Below are positions 19,901 through 28,624 of a DNA stretch of 64,000 bases, piece by piece; position 1 is the stretch's first letter, and each line of letters starts with the position of its first letter. The position numbers and the translations under genes are program-made. Below the pieces are notes generated by a model. It was given only the letters and a program-made list of their open reading frames with translations. It did not search any database and had not been told where the DNA came from. This stretch comes from Bacteroidia bacterium. Lineage in GTDB: Bacteria; Bacteroidota; Bacteroidia; Flavobacteriales_D; JAUILH01. The DNA lies in NCBI GenBank assembly GCA_030433115.1, contig JAUILH010000006.1, positions 1,691-65,690 of the forward strand, given 5' to 3'.

Positions 19901-20414
19901 GCCTGGAGAAAAGGGCAATCCTGGTGGCAATAAACCTAACGGACAAAGTGGTTCGGGAGGTTCAGGCGAAGGCGATCAGGAAGGTCAGCAACAAAGCGAA
20001 AGCTTGGCTAAACTGGCGGCACAACAAGCCGCTATCAGAGAACAACTGAAAAAGCTGAGAGAACAATTGAATCAAGACGGGAGTGGAAACGGCAATGGAC
20101 TTAATAAGATCATTGACGATATGGAGAAAACCGAAGAAGACATCATTTACAACAAGATTGGAGACCATACTTTGAAGCGTCAAAAGGACATTTTGACAAG
20201 ACTTTTGGAGCACGAAAGAGCAGAGAGAGAAAGGGATTGGGATGAAAAACGTGAGTCAAAAGAAGCAAAAAATGAAGAATTTAGTAACCCTGATCGATTT
20301 TTGGAGTATAAGAGGAGGAAAGAAAAGGAAATTGAGTTGTTGCGAACCATCCCGCCTGATCTGAAAAAGTATTATAGAAAGAAGGTGAATGCCTACTTTA
20401 ACAGTGCAGAATAA
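16998..20414 (+). CDS. Large membrane-anchored coiled-coil protein (DUF4175-like)
   Basis: Two N-terminal TM segments, then about 500 aa of E/K/Q/M-rich heptad-like sequence, a G/K/S-rich tract and a basic C-terminus. Confidence 0.55.
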   Translation: MTHSYKALISKLDGFIRKFYKNELLKGLILFLALGLALYLSIIGLEAIGRFGSTTRSVLFYGFVIGFGFLLVRYILTPLFKLYKIGKTIDHTQAAQILGRHFPEVGDKLINTLQLKKDAENSNNDLLLAGIDKRVSSLSPVPFNNAVDYKENRRYAKFVLVPLSVLIVLLFVNAKWVTEPTDRIVNYDNEYTPPPPYEIVLENEKLSVVEQEEVVLKVRVNGNEVPPSISVIKNGSKYRMKKVSNREYIYKMRADGDTRLRFTSGDIDSKQYTLKVLPRPSIEEFTLELDYPDYTGISDQKLKSIGDLNIPEGTIVKWTFNTKNVSKVYMNSQVIDTVLAVDVMDETSLSRQLFNSEQYVVTTENQHLSKADSAVYFVEVSKDEYPAIRVTEDKDSTNERMRYFTGKVSDDYGIRNLMMSINYRKGDRKGQSKSFPVRISEGVLSEDFMHYINFDQLELLPGEEISYYFTVWDNDGINGSKSASSGARIFAMPTEDEMEDTYHQSTEKTMSEMEKAIKEAAELKKQMKQMQNELSNSKNMSWQQKQKLENMLEKQMSLQEKVDELKEQFKKNNDEQEKYKELDPEDEEKREKLEELMEELFTPEMKEMLKELQELMKELNKDKIQQNLEEMNLENENLEKTLEQALEHMKQLQFQEKLKDLVEDSKELAEKQKELADKMEDKAISKEDAQKEQEAIDKEMEELDDKMQELQEKNDDLGKKHDLGQAKEEQKASEDAQKESQEQMKSGKMKKASQSQQKAGDQMQKMSESLASMQAQAQQQQQEEDMDALRQLLENLIEMSFSQEDIMNDIKNLAAHDPKYVEVGRQQRKIKDDAQIIKDSLFALSKRVIEIKPIINEEIGQINYYMDKSLEDIGERRTNEARSKQQFIMKSTNNLALLLDEVLKQMQQQQMAQSQSAGSGSCMKPGAGKSKPTSIPSLKQMQEQLGKQLEKMKKGMKDGKGEEGKGKKPGEKGNPGGNKPNGQSGSGGSGEGDQEGQQQSESLAKLAAQQAAIREQLKKLREQLNQDGSGNGNGLNKIIDDMEKTEEDIIYNKIGDHTLKRQKDILTRLLEHERAERERDWDEKRESKEAKNEEFSNPDRFLEYKRRKEKEIELLRTIPPDLKKYYRKKVNAYFNSAE

Positions 20415-20416
20415 GT

Positions 20417-20842
20417 ATGATTGAAATGGAACAAGAAGCCACGGTTATTCAAAGAATTGAGCTTGAATCTACCTCAGAGAACATTGCCAAGGTTGAGAAG
20501 TTGATTGATGAAGTATGTGAAGTGAGCAAAGTGAATCAAGACTATTACGGAAATATATTAATCGCCATTACAGAGGCCGTTAACAATGCCATTGTTCATG
20601 GCAACAAAAAGGATCCTCACAAAAAATTCAGTGTATCATGTTCCTCTAAAAATGAAGGGCTGTGTTTCACTGTTTCAGATGAGGGAGAGGGCTTTGATTT
20701 TGACAATCTGCCCGACCCAACAGACCCGGAGAATATTGAGAAGCCAAATGGAAGAGGTGTCTTTTTAATGAGAAACCTGGCGGATGAAGTGAATTTTGAA
20801 GACGACGGCCGCATTGTGCAACTCGACTTTAACCTGTCTTAA
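20417..20842 (+). CDS. RsbW/SpoIIAB-like HATPase (anti-sigma regulatory factor-type Ser/Thr kinase)
   Basis: 141 aa with an N-box-like AITEAVNNAIVHGN and a G-box-like SDEGEGFD...GRGVFLM. Confidence 0.7.
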   Translation: MIEMEQEATVIQRIELESTSENIAKVEKLIDEVCEVSKVNQDYYGNILIAITEAVNNAIVHGNKKDPHKKFSVSCSSKNEGLCFTVSDEGEGFDFDNLPDPTDPENIEKPNGRGVFLMRNLADEVNFEDDGRIVQLDFNLS

Positions 20843-20845
20843 CAC

Positions 20846-21262
20846 ATGGTAGAGATATTTTATGAAGACTGGCAGGAGCCGGTCTTTTTTTCTTTTGAGT
20901 TGTCTCATTGGCTTGAGAGTTTGTGTCAAAAAGAGGAACGGGAGCTCATTGAACTGAACCTGATCTTTTGTTCTGACGATTACCTTCTTAACAAAAATCG
21001 AGAAATCCTCGATCACGATTACTATACCGATATCATTACACTAGACTATTGTGTTGATAATCAGGTAATAGGAGATCTTTTTATTAGTCTGGACCGGGTT
21101 AAAGACAATGCCCATCAAAATAAGGCAGATTTTAGTACTGAATTGTCCCGAGTGATTGCGCATGGCGCCCTGCATTTATGTGGTTATGGTGATAAGTCAC
21201 CAGAGGAAATCAAGGAGATGAGAACCAAAGAGGATTTCTATCTATCTTTGCGCTTCCGTTGA
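20846..21262 (+). CDS. ybeY: rRNA maturation RNase YbeY
   Basis: Zinc motif HGALHLCGYGD (HGxLHLxGY) in a 138-aa protein. Confidence 0.9.
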   Translation: MVEIFYEDWQEPVFFSFELSHWLESLCQKEERELIELNLIFCSDDYLLNKNREILDHDYYTDIITLDYCVDNQVIGDLFISLDRVKDNAHQNKADFSTELSRVIAHGALHLCGYGDKSPEEIKEMRTKEDFYLSLRFR

Positions 21263-21290
21263 AGCCTAGTCAGTAGTTTAGAGATTTTAA

Positions 21291-21305
21291 TGTTTCACGT
21301 GAAAC
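21291..21305. promoter_or_regulatory. Palindrome TGTTTCACGTGAAAC, 3 nt upstream of the mnmG ATG
   Basis: 15 of 16 positions are identical to the gltX copy. It sits in the 46-bp ybeY-mnmG spacer. Confidence 0.5.
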
Positions 21306-21308
21306 GGT

Positions 21309-23180
21309 ATGTTAAACAAATATGATGTCATAGTAGTTGGTGCTGGTCACGCTGGATGTGAAGCCGCAGCCGCAGCCGCAAATTTGGGGTCAAGTGTTCT
21401 ATTGGTAACCATGAACATGAACACAATTGCCCAAATGAGCTGTAATCCTGCCATGGGCGGGATCGCCAAGGGACAAATCGTTCGTGAAATAGATGCTCTT
21501 GGCGGATACAGTGGCATTGTGACTGATGAGACCATGATTCAGTTCAGAATGCTCAATCGATCTAAAGGACCTGCTATGTGGAGTCCGAGAGCACAATCTG
21601 ATAGGATGCGTTTTGCAGAAAAGTGGCGCTTGATGCTGGAGCAAACGCCTAATGTTGATTTTTGGCAAGACATGGTTACAGGTCTTTTGCTTGAGGGAGA
21701 CAAGGTTTGTGGGGTTAGAACTGCGATTGGAACAGAAATCAAGGCTAAAACTGTGGTGCTTACAAATGGTACTTTTTTGAACGGCTTGATTCATCTGGGT
21801 GAGAAGAATTTCGGAGGCGGAAGGGCAGGAGAAAGAGCTGCATTTGGAATCACGGAGCAATTAATAGAGCTTGGATTCGAGTCAGGTCGAATGAAGACAG
21901 GAACTCCGCCCAGGGTGGACGGCAGATCTTTGGACTATTCTAAGATGGAAGAGCAGGCTGGAGACCAAATAGCCGGTAAATTTTCATTCACAGACACAAA
22001 ACCTTTGAAGTCTCAAAGACCCTGTCACATCACATACACCAATCCGGATGTGCACGATTTATTGAGAACTGGTTTTGATAGGAGCCCCATGTTTAATGGC
22101 GCCATTAAAAGTTCCGGACCAAGATATTGCCCATCCATTGAAGACAAGATCAATCGCTTTGCAGAAAGAGAGCGTCACCAGATTTTTGTTGAGCCGGAAG
22201 GATGGAATACGATAGAAATTTACGTCAATGGATTTAGCACTTCTCTACCGGAAGATGTTCAGATGGACGCTATGAAATTGATTCCTGGTTTTGAGAACGT
22301 CAAGATGTTCAGGCCAGGTTATGCCATAGAATACGATTATTTCCCGCCAACACAATTAAAGTATACGCTTGAAACCAAACTGGTATCAGGCTTGTATTTT
22401 GCTGGACAAATCAATGGGACAACTGGTTATGAGGAAGCCGCTTGCCAAGGCCTGATGGCTGGAATTAATGCCGCTTTGTCTGTACAAGAAAAAGACACAT
22501 TCGTACTCAAAAGATCTGAAGCCTATATCGGTGTTTTAATCGATGATTTGATCACTAAAGGCACAGAAGAACCTTACAGAATGTTCACAAGTCGAGCCGA
22601 ATTCAGAATCCTTTTACGACAGGATAATGCAGATTTGAGGTTAACGCCTTTAAGTCACAAAATAGGTTTGGCATCAGATGAACGTCTCAAAAAAACAGAC
22701 CAGAAAGATGGTCGCTCTGAACAGCTTCTCAAGTATATTGATAAGACGAGTATTAAGCCTGAGGAAGTGAATGATGTTTTGGCCACGAAGAAAGGATCCC
22801 CAATTAAACACTCTGTTAAACTAAGGAGCGTTTTAAGCAGACCAGAAATGACTTTTGATGACTTAAGATCTTCTGTTTCGTGGTTTGACGATAAACTAAA
22901 AGATGAGGAAGATTGTGATGTTGAAATAGTGGAGCAAGCACAAATTCGTGTAAAATATGACGGTTATATTTCAAGAGAACAAGAACAGGCGAACAAACTA
23001 GAGAGGCTAGATTATGTCAAAATTCCGAAGGACACTGACTACTCAAAATTTGGGTCTTTATCGGCAGAGGCAAGAGAGAAATTGAAAAGTTTACAACCAG
23101 AAACTATTGGGCAGGCAAGTAGAATTAGTGGTGTGTCGCCATCAGATGTGTCAATTTTATTAGTGTATTTAGGACGATAA
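21309..23180 (+). CDS. mnmG: tRNA uridine 5-carboxymethylaminomethyl modification enzyme MnmG (GidA)
   Basis: [19 protein letters not shown] motif, [12 protein letters not shown], and a 623-aa length. Confidence 0.97.
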   Translation: MLNKYDVIVVGAGHAGCEAAAAAANLGSSVLLVTMNMNTIAQMSCNPAMGGIAKGQIVREIDALGGYSGIVTDETMIQFRMLNRSKGPAMWSPRAQSDRMRFAEKWRLMLEQTPNVDFWQDMVTGLLLEGDKVCGVRTAIGTEIKAKTVVLTNGTFLNGLIHLGEKNFGGGRAGERAAFGITEQLIELGFESGRMKTGTPPRVDGRSLDYSKMEEQAGDQIAGKFSFTDTKPLKSQRPCHITYTNPDVHDLLRTGFDRSPMFNGAIKSSGPRYCPSIEDKINRFAERERHQIFVEPEGWNTIEIYVNGFSTSLPEDVQMDAMKLIPGFENVKMFRPGYAIEYDYFPPTQLKYTLETKLVSGLYFAGQINGTTGYEEAACQGLMAGINAALSVQEKDTFVLKRSEAYIGVLIDDLITKGTEEPYRMFTSRAEFRILLRQDNADLRLTPLSHKIGLASDERLKKTDQKDGRSEQLLKYIDKTSIKPEEVNDVLATKKGSPIKHSVKLRSVLSRPEMTFDDLRSSVSWFDDKLKDEEDCDVEIVEQAQIRVKYDGYISREQEQANKLERLDYVKIPKDTDYSKFGSLSAEAREKLKSLQPETIGQASRISGVSPSDVSILLVYLGR

Positions 23181-23189
23181 AACAGGGAG

Positions 23190-23204
23190 GTTTCACGTGG
23201 AACA
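23190..23204. promoter_or_regulatory. Near-palindrome GTTTCACGTGGAACA overlapping the GTG start of the methyltransferase gene
   Basis: One mismatch to the palindrome. It sits in the 16-bp mnmG-methyltransferase spacer. Confidence 0.5.
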
Positions 23205-24078
23205 AAAATTGAATTTATTGACAAGATGCCCTCTTTGTGGACACACAGAGACCGAAACTTTTCTGCAGTCAAAGGATTATTCGTACTCAAAAGAGGACTT
23301 TAAAATAGAGTCTTGTAAATCTTGTGGATTCAAATTCACGAACCCTATTCCGACGGAAGAGAGCATAGGAAACTATTATAAGTCCGACATATATATCTCA
23401 CACAATGATTCCAATAAGGGATTGATGAATAAGGTGTACAAGTGGGTTCGCAAGAGAGCGATTAAATCCAAGGAGCGCATAGTGTCTGATTTGACTTCCC
23501 AAAAGAACATTTTAGACATTGGTTGCGGAACAGGAGATTTTTTGGGTTTTTGTAAAGAACATGGTTGGTCAACAAAAGGTCTTGAACCTGATCCTGGAGC
23601 AAGGGAAAAATGTCTGTCGAAAGGCATTGATGTGGCGAACATTGATGAACTACATAACCCAAACTTTCACAAAGTAAACGTGATTACTATGTGGCACGTG
23701 TTAGAGCACGTGTATCATTTACAAAGAGATTTTAAACGGATGGTTGACCTGCTTGAAGACAATGGAGTCATGGTGATTGCAGTTCCCAACCACATAAGTT
23801 ATGACGCGAAAAAGTATCATGAGTTCTGGGCGGCATATGACTTACCAATACACCTATACCATTTCAAACCGAAGGATATAGAATTATTGGCAGAACAACA
23901 TCATCTAAAATTTGAAAGAATGATTCCAATGAAATGGGACGCTTATTATGTTTCCATGTTGTCAGAATCATTTAAAGGTAGAAATAAGTGGCTGGGTCTT
24001 AAAACCGGATTTTTGTCGAACATGAAAGCTAAAAATGGAGAATACTCCTCACAGATCTACATTTTAAGGAAGAAATAG
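23197..24078 (+). CDS. Class I SAM-dependent methyltransferase with an N-terminal Cys4 zinc ribbon
   Basis: CPLCGH...CKSCGF and SAM motif I ILDIGCGTGDFLGF. The GTG start lies inside the CACGTG palindrome. Confidence 0.8.
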   Translation: MEQKLNLLTRCPLCGHTETETFLQSKDYSYSKEDFKIESCKSCGFKFTNPIPTEESIGNYYKSDIYISHNDSNKGLMNKVYKWVRKRAIKSKERIVSDLTSQKNILDIGCGTGDFLGFCKEHGWSTKGLEPDPGAREKCLSKGIDVANIDELHNPNFHKVNVITMWHVLEHVYHLQRDFKRMVDLLEDNGVMVIAVPNHISYDAKKYHEFWAAYDLPIHLYHFKPKDIELLAEQHHLKFERMIPMKWDAYYVSMLSESFKGRNKWLGLKTGFLSNMKAKNGEYSSQIYILRKK

Positions 24079-24194
24079 CCATTTTAACGTCTTTTAACGC
24101 TTTTTCTGTACCCTTTGCATGTCCACGGTCGTTTTTAACAAGAAAATAAATTTGAGGGCCGTTTCTTGGCCCCAACGCAAACACCTGCAAATCA

Positions 24195-25469
24195 ATGAAT
24201 TACAACAAACAAAAAATAAAAAACGCTGGTTATCAAAGGCTTAGTGTTTTTACACTGTTCTTAGCGATTTTGATATTATCGGCATGTTCGAACTCGAGTG
24301 AAGACACTGAAGAAGATAAAAGCGAAAAAATCAAGCCTGATTATTATGCCCTGGAAAATGAACAACTTGATTCAACACTTCAGCAAAGTACGTATCTTAA
24401 TGAGTACAAAGCAGGGAAATCTGTTTTGCGGGCACTTGGATCAGATAATAAACCTGCCGTGCTTAATACTAAACTATATGAAACAGCTGGAAAATTCGCC
24501 TTCAGAATAATGAATGATGATTACCCTTCTACTGAAGAACTCTTGATGAATGCCCCATTGTTGATAGAGGCTAAGGCAATCTATGATGATTTTCCGCCTA
24601 AATTATATGATTTGAATGAAGCCGATTACAAACCTATTCTGTTTTCGGCGGCTGAGGTCTTGAATGAGGATCTGCCAGACTTTGAATGGAATGCCTCATA
24701 TGAACACTTGTTGTTATCAATCGTAACACGTTACGCTCATATGCCTGAGGCATATTCACTATACGAAATCAACATGGTTAACCCGGAGGATATTCAAGAC
24801 AATGAAATAAAAACCCTTGCTTACCTCTATAAGGCAGTCAATTTTTCAGAACATGGATTGCCTTATCATGCTGCTGAAAATGCCAAAATGGCGAGAGAAA
24901 CATTGGAAAAGACAGATCATTTAAGCGGGACTTTTACAAGGTCTATTGTCATTGAAGCCTCAGAAGATGAAACAGTTGAGTCAAAAGAACGCTTGAACCA
25001 GGTTTGTCTGCTAGTGGAAGGCCTGGCTCATATGCAAATGACTGATGAAGATGATCGAAAAAAAGGCATCCCGCTATTGAAAGAATACACCATTGCAAGC
25101 AAAGAATACCCTGTTATAGACGAATGGACGGTTTTGTCAGAACTGGTTACACAAATGCAAGCTAATAGGCATGATAATTCTGAGGCTTTGTTAGATCAAT
25201 ATGGCAAGCACCAGAACCTGTCGTTCTCAGAAAAAACAGCTCTGCTTGCCGAGAGAAAACGTGCTTCTTCAAATGATGCAGCAGGGTTGAGAAACGTCAT
25301 CATTACGGGGATTGTTGCCGAGAAACTTTATAGATATGTTCAGAGAACAGCCTGGTTTGAGGGCATAGAAAAACACCCAATAGGAGAGGGGATGATCAAT
25401 GCCTTCGATCGTATTGAGAAATTGGAGGACAAACTTGGAGACCTGAGCTCTCTGCAGAGCTTTTTCTAG
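24195..25469 (+). CDS. Hypothetical lipoprotein (helical)
   Basis: Lipoprotein signal LAILILSACSNSSED. No recognisable catalytic motif. Confidence 0.5.
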   Translation: MNYNKQKIKNAGYQRLSVFTLFLAILILSACSNSSEDTEEDKSEKIKPDYYALENEQLDSTLQQSTYLNEYKAGKSVLRALGSDNKPAVLNTKLYETAGKFAFRIMNDDYPSTEELLMNAPLLIEAKAIYDDFPPKLYDLNEADYKPILFSAAEVLNEDLPDFEWNASYEHLLLSIVTRYAHMPEAYSLYEINMVNPEDIQDNEIKTLAYLYKAVNFSEHGLPYHAAENAKMARETLEKTDHLSGTFTRSIVIEASEDETVESKERLNQVCLLVEGLAHMQMTDEDDRKKGIPLLKEYTIASKEYPVIDEWTVLSELVTQMQANRHDNSEALLDQYGKHQNLSFSEKTALLAERKRASSNDAAGLRNVIITGIVAEKLYRYVQRTAWFEGIEKHPIGEGMINAFDRIEKLEDKLGDLSSLQSFF

Positions 25470-25470
25470 G

Positions 25471-25871
25471 CTACAGATAATCTGAAAGCTTCAATGTCTT
25501 ACCGCACATTTCTGGTTTCAACTCTAGTAACAGTTTCTTATCGCCTGATTTATTGGTTGTAGAGAGATATACTTTTTGCCCTTTTGCACCACGAGTCGAT
25601 TTGGAGTTAGACGCAGTCATCCAACCACTTCCGCCCTTGCTAAACCAGATATGATAATCCGTTTTGGTGTCGTTTTTTATAGTAAAGCTCCCCTTAAAAC
25701 TTGGCCCACTTGATAAGGGTGAGCTTGAAGACGTACAGATGGTTCATAAATTGAATACACATCTACATCAGAAAGGGCTTCTGCTCCAATTGTAAAGAAG
25801 GATGGGTCTTGAGCCTGAACAGAGCAGGTCAAGAAGCAACAGATGACAATCCAAAACCTCATTGACATCAA
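25471..25871 (-). pseudogene. Small secreted protein, apparently frameshifted
   Basis: ORF 25677..25871 gives a signal peptide (MRFWIVICCFLTCSVQAQ) and then stops. A second minus-strand frame is open from about 25735 to the TAG at 25471 and lacks a start codon. It reads ..GSFTIKNDTKTDYHIWFSKGGSGWMTASN..KLLLELKPEMCGKTLKLSDYL. Confidence 0.35.
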
Positions 25872-25904
25872 AAGTACAGACTTAGAAATTAAGTCGAAAA
25901 AGCA

Positions 25905-26474
25905 TCATGCATACCGTTCCATCATCCAGAGTTTGCCCGCTGGTAAATCTAATTCTTTGTAACACCTGAATCCGTAACGCTGGTAAAGCGCCTTGGTTCT
26001 GGGAAGTGGCGTTTCTGCATAAATGGGCAGTCGTTGTTTTGCCGACAATGAAAAACTAAAGTCTCTAATTGCCTGAATTGGCTCCAGCCCTTTATTATTA
26101 GGGTCAATCGCTAATATCCAAAAATATAAATGTGGTCGTTGTTTTCTGTGTTTATCTATTCGTCTTCTAACTTTAAGGGCTTTTCGACTGAGGTCTACAC
26201 CCAAAAAAGAAACCAGTCTTGCTTTGGTCTTTAGTTTAATCCCAAAAGGTTTTTTTTGCCCGGATTCATAGATGACCGCTACTCCTTTCTTAGATTCATC
26301 GTAGTATACAGAACGTATTGAAATGAGTTCTGGCAACATTAAGGAGAATAACCTGAACCGTTTTTCATAGTCAGAACCTTTCGCAAAGAGGGATTCAATG
26401 GTGGGATTGTTATCATAGGCACGCGCCAGCAAGTCTGCAATCCATGAAATATCTTGTTTTGTGGCTTCAAGCAT
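25905..26474 (-). CDS. GNAT-family N-acetyltransferase (probable)
   Basis: 189 aa with a C-terminal ..ALYQRYGFR.. motif characteristic of the acetyl-CoA binding fold. Confidence 0.5.
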   Translation of the reverse strand: MLEATKQDISWIADLLARAYDNNPTIESLFAKGSDYEKRFRLFSLMLPELISIRSVYYDESKKGVAVIYESGQKKPFGIKLKTKARLVSFLGVDLSRKALKVRRRIDKHRKQRPHLYFWILAIDPNNKGLEPIQAIRDFSFSLSAKQRLPIYAETPLPRTKALYQRYGFRCYKELDLPAGKLWMMERYA

Positions 26475-27255
26475 GACTGTTAAACTGGGTAGAGTTTAAG
26501 ATTAAACCAGAACCGGGTGCAATATTTCTCAAGTGAGTATCCGGAGGATTCACAAGCGACTCACGGATATCGTCCAAAGAGACCTCTCCTTTACCCAAAG
26601 CTTCCAATTGTCCCATCATCAACCTTACCTGATACCGCATAAACCCTTTTGATCGAATGGTGTAAACATAGCTATTCTCCGGAAAAAAACTGGCCGTGAA
26701 TTGAGTGTTTTTTTCAATTCTGCTGTGCTCAATTGTGCGAACGAATTGAGTGTTTTCCGATGGTTTAGTACAGTATTGTTTGAAGTTATGTGTGCCTTCA
26801 AAAAGCTGTGCGCCAGCCATCATCAGTTCGATATCTAATTCAGCAGAAAAAGTTGCCATCAAGGGTGCGCAAAAGGGATGGACTTTCTCACCAAAAGCAA
26901 AAAAGTATAGGTATTCTTTCATCTTAGGGTTCTGAATGATGTTGAATTTTTCATCTACTACCTGAACGGAAACCGCCCTAATATCGTACGGCAGGTTTAG
27001 GTTGAAGCTCTTTAAAAAAGCCCCCTCATCTGTAATGGCTTCCTCCAAAAACAACTCAAAAACCATATCCAGAGCCGAAACCCTCGCATCTGTTCTGCTT
27101 CCCCCAAGAGTTTTGAATCGGTCATGACCTAAAACATAAGGCAAAGTTCTGTCTATCATACCATGCACCGTTTTTTGATTTGGCTGTTTTGCCCAGCCAC
27201 TGTAGCGGTAACCTAAAAATTGAATCCTGATAAGGTAATAGTGTTTTTTCGTCAT
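26467..27255 (-). CDS. truA: tRNA pseudouridine synthase A family
   Basis: YYLIRIQFLGYRYSGWAKQP and the catalytic-Asp motif GGSRTDARVSA (GRTDxGVHA-like). ATG at 27255 is preferred over the ORF-track start at 27300. Confidence 0.8.
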   Translation of the reverse strand: MTKKHYYLIRIQFLGYRYSGWAKQPNQKTVHGMIDRTLPYVLGHDRFKTLGGSRTDARVSALDMVFELFLEEAITDEGAFLKSFNLNLPYDIRAVSVQVVDEKFNIIQNPKMKEYLYFFAFGEKVHPFCAPLMATFSAELDIELMMAGAQLFEGTHNFKQYCTKPSENTQFVRTIEHSRIEKNTQFTASFFPENSYVYTIRSKGFMRYQVRLMMGQLEALGKGEVSLDDIRESLVNPPDTHLRNIAPGSGLILNSTQFNSHA

Positions 27256-27451
27256 AAATGGAATGCGAAAGATAAAAATAGAGAATGGTACAGACCTCAA
27301 TATTGGGTTTTATTTTGATTATCGTATCCCTGTGGAATGATAGCCCAAAACACAAGAAAAAGGCGGGGCATTTCCTTACTTAATGATCAAGGATAAAGGA
27401 ATAAACTAAACACATCTCCACAACTTAACTACCTTTACCAAAAACTATTTC

Positions 27452-28303
27452 ATGAAAATCGCGATATCAGTATTTGCATTAAGCGTGTCATTATCTGGCA
27501 TGACACAAATTGAAGCACCAAGAGTAAGCCCTGCTGCTAAAGTGGTGCAAACAGTTGGACTTACAAACATTGAAGTCAGTTATTCAAGACCACAAAAAAA
27601 GGACCGCGAGATCTTTGGATCTTTAGTGCCTTACGATCAAATTTGGAGAGCAGGAGCCAACGAAAACACAGTACTCACAACGGATAAGCCACTTGTATTT
27701 AATAAAGACACGCTGAAAGCCGGTGAATATGCAATCTATATTGTGCCCTTTGAAACCGCCTGGGATATTATATTTTATTCTACGACCGATAATTGGGGCA
27801 CTCCCGATGAATGGAAAGACGAGCAGATAGTATTAAACGTTAAGCAACGTCCGGTCATTAAAAAAGCGAATTCACAGGAGGCATTTTTAATTTCGTTCGA
27901 AAATTTAAGCACTCAATCTGCATCCATCAATTTCAGGTGGGATAAAGTTTTGGTGGAGCTGCCATTTAAGACATTGACAGATCAAGAGGTGACTGCTCAA
28001 ATTGGGAAAACCATGGCAGGACCAAGCGCAAACGACTATTTTCAGGCGGCTGCCTACTATCAATCAGAAAAGAAAGATTTGAACCAGGCTTTGGAGTGGA
28101 TGAACACAGGTATTAAGATGTTGGGTGACGAAACACCTTTTTGGATTATAAGGCGCAAAGCGGTTATTCAGGCAGAAATGAAGAATTACAAAGCAGCCAT
28201 ATCAACAATGGAGGGCGCAATTGCCGTAGCAGGAGCTTCCGGTTATGAGCCTTATGTGGGTGAAATGGAGAAGGTCATTGAGGAATGGAAGTCTAAAAAA
28301 TAG
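27452..28303 (+). CDS. DUF2911-like secreted protein with a TPR-like C-terminus
   Basis: Signal peptide, then SPAAKVVQTVGLTNIEVSYSRPQKKDREIFGSLVPYDQIWRAGANENT, the characteristic DUF2911 opening. Confidence 0.6.
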   Translation: MKIAISVFALSVSLSGMTQIEAPRVSPAAKVVQTVGLTNIEVSYSRPQKKDREIFGSLVPYDQIWRAGANENTVLTTDKPLVFNKDTLKAGEYAIYIVPFETAWDIIFYSTTDNWGTPDEWKDEQIVLNVKQRPVIKKANSQEAFLISFENLSTQSASINFRWDKVLVELPFKTLTDQEVTAQIGKTMAGPSANDYFQAAAYYQSEKKDLNQALEWMNTGIKMLGDETPFWIIRRKAVIQAEMKNYKAAISTMEGAIAVAGASGYEPYVGEMEKVIEEWKSKK

Positions 28304-28305
28304 AG

Positions 28306-28614
28306 ATGGCACTTACCAATAACGACATCATCAAAAAAATCCGTGTAGCGCTCGAATTGCGTGATGACGATATCATAGAAATATTGGCTTTGGTTGATTA
28401 TAAGATTGGGAAAAGTGAATTGGGCGCCTTTTTTCGTCACGAGACACACCCAAAATTTAAGCCGTTACAGGATCAGATTTTGCGTAACTTTTTAAACGGG
28501 CTGGTGATTTACAAAAGAGGTCCAATGGAACCAAAGAGGGACTCAAAAAAAGAGAAAAAATCCTTGTTCGATAAAAAGCCATTGAGTAAACGCCCCAATA
28601 AAACAGAGGAATAG
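28306..28614 (+). CDS. DUF1456 (YehS-like) protein
   Basis: LTNNDIIKKIRVALELRDDDIIEIL motif in a 102-aa protein. Confidence 0.55.
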   Translation: MALTNNDIIKKIRVALELRDDDIIEILALVDYKIGKSELGAFFRHETHPKFKPLQDQILRNFLNGLVIYKRGPMEPKRDSKKEKKSLFDKKPLSKRPNKTEE

Positions 28615-28624
28615 CGGGAGTTAT

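Noticed and set aside
18274-20213. Overlapping ORFs on both strands within the coiled-coil region of the DUF4175-like gene (for example 18671-18859, 19051-19311, 19733-19946).
   Set aside because: These low-complexity translations (S/F/L-rich) are generated by the purine-rich GAA/AAG repeats of the sense strand. They are not credible genes.
21263-21308. Possible replication origin next to mnmG (gidA).
   Set aside because: The spacer is only 46 bp. It has no cluster of DnaA-box-like 9-mers or AT-rich unwinding element, and dnaA/dnaN are not in the window.
21347-21860. Minus-strand ORFs of 62-153 aa within mnmG.
   Set aside because: They are antisense to a highly conserved housekeeping gene and are shadow ORFs.
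24079-24194. Hairpin GGGCC-GTTTCTT-GGCCC as a terminator after the methyltransferase gene.
   Set aside because: The stem is only 5 bp and is not followed by a T-tract, which is too weak to call.
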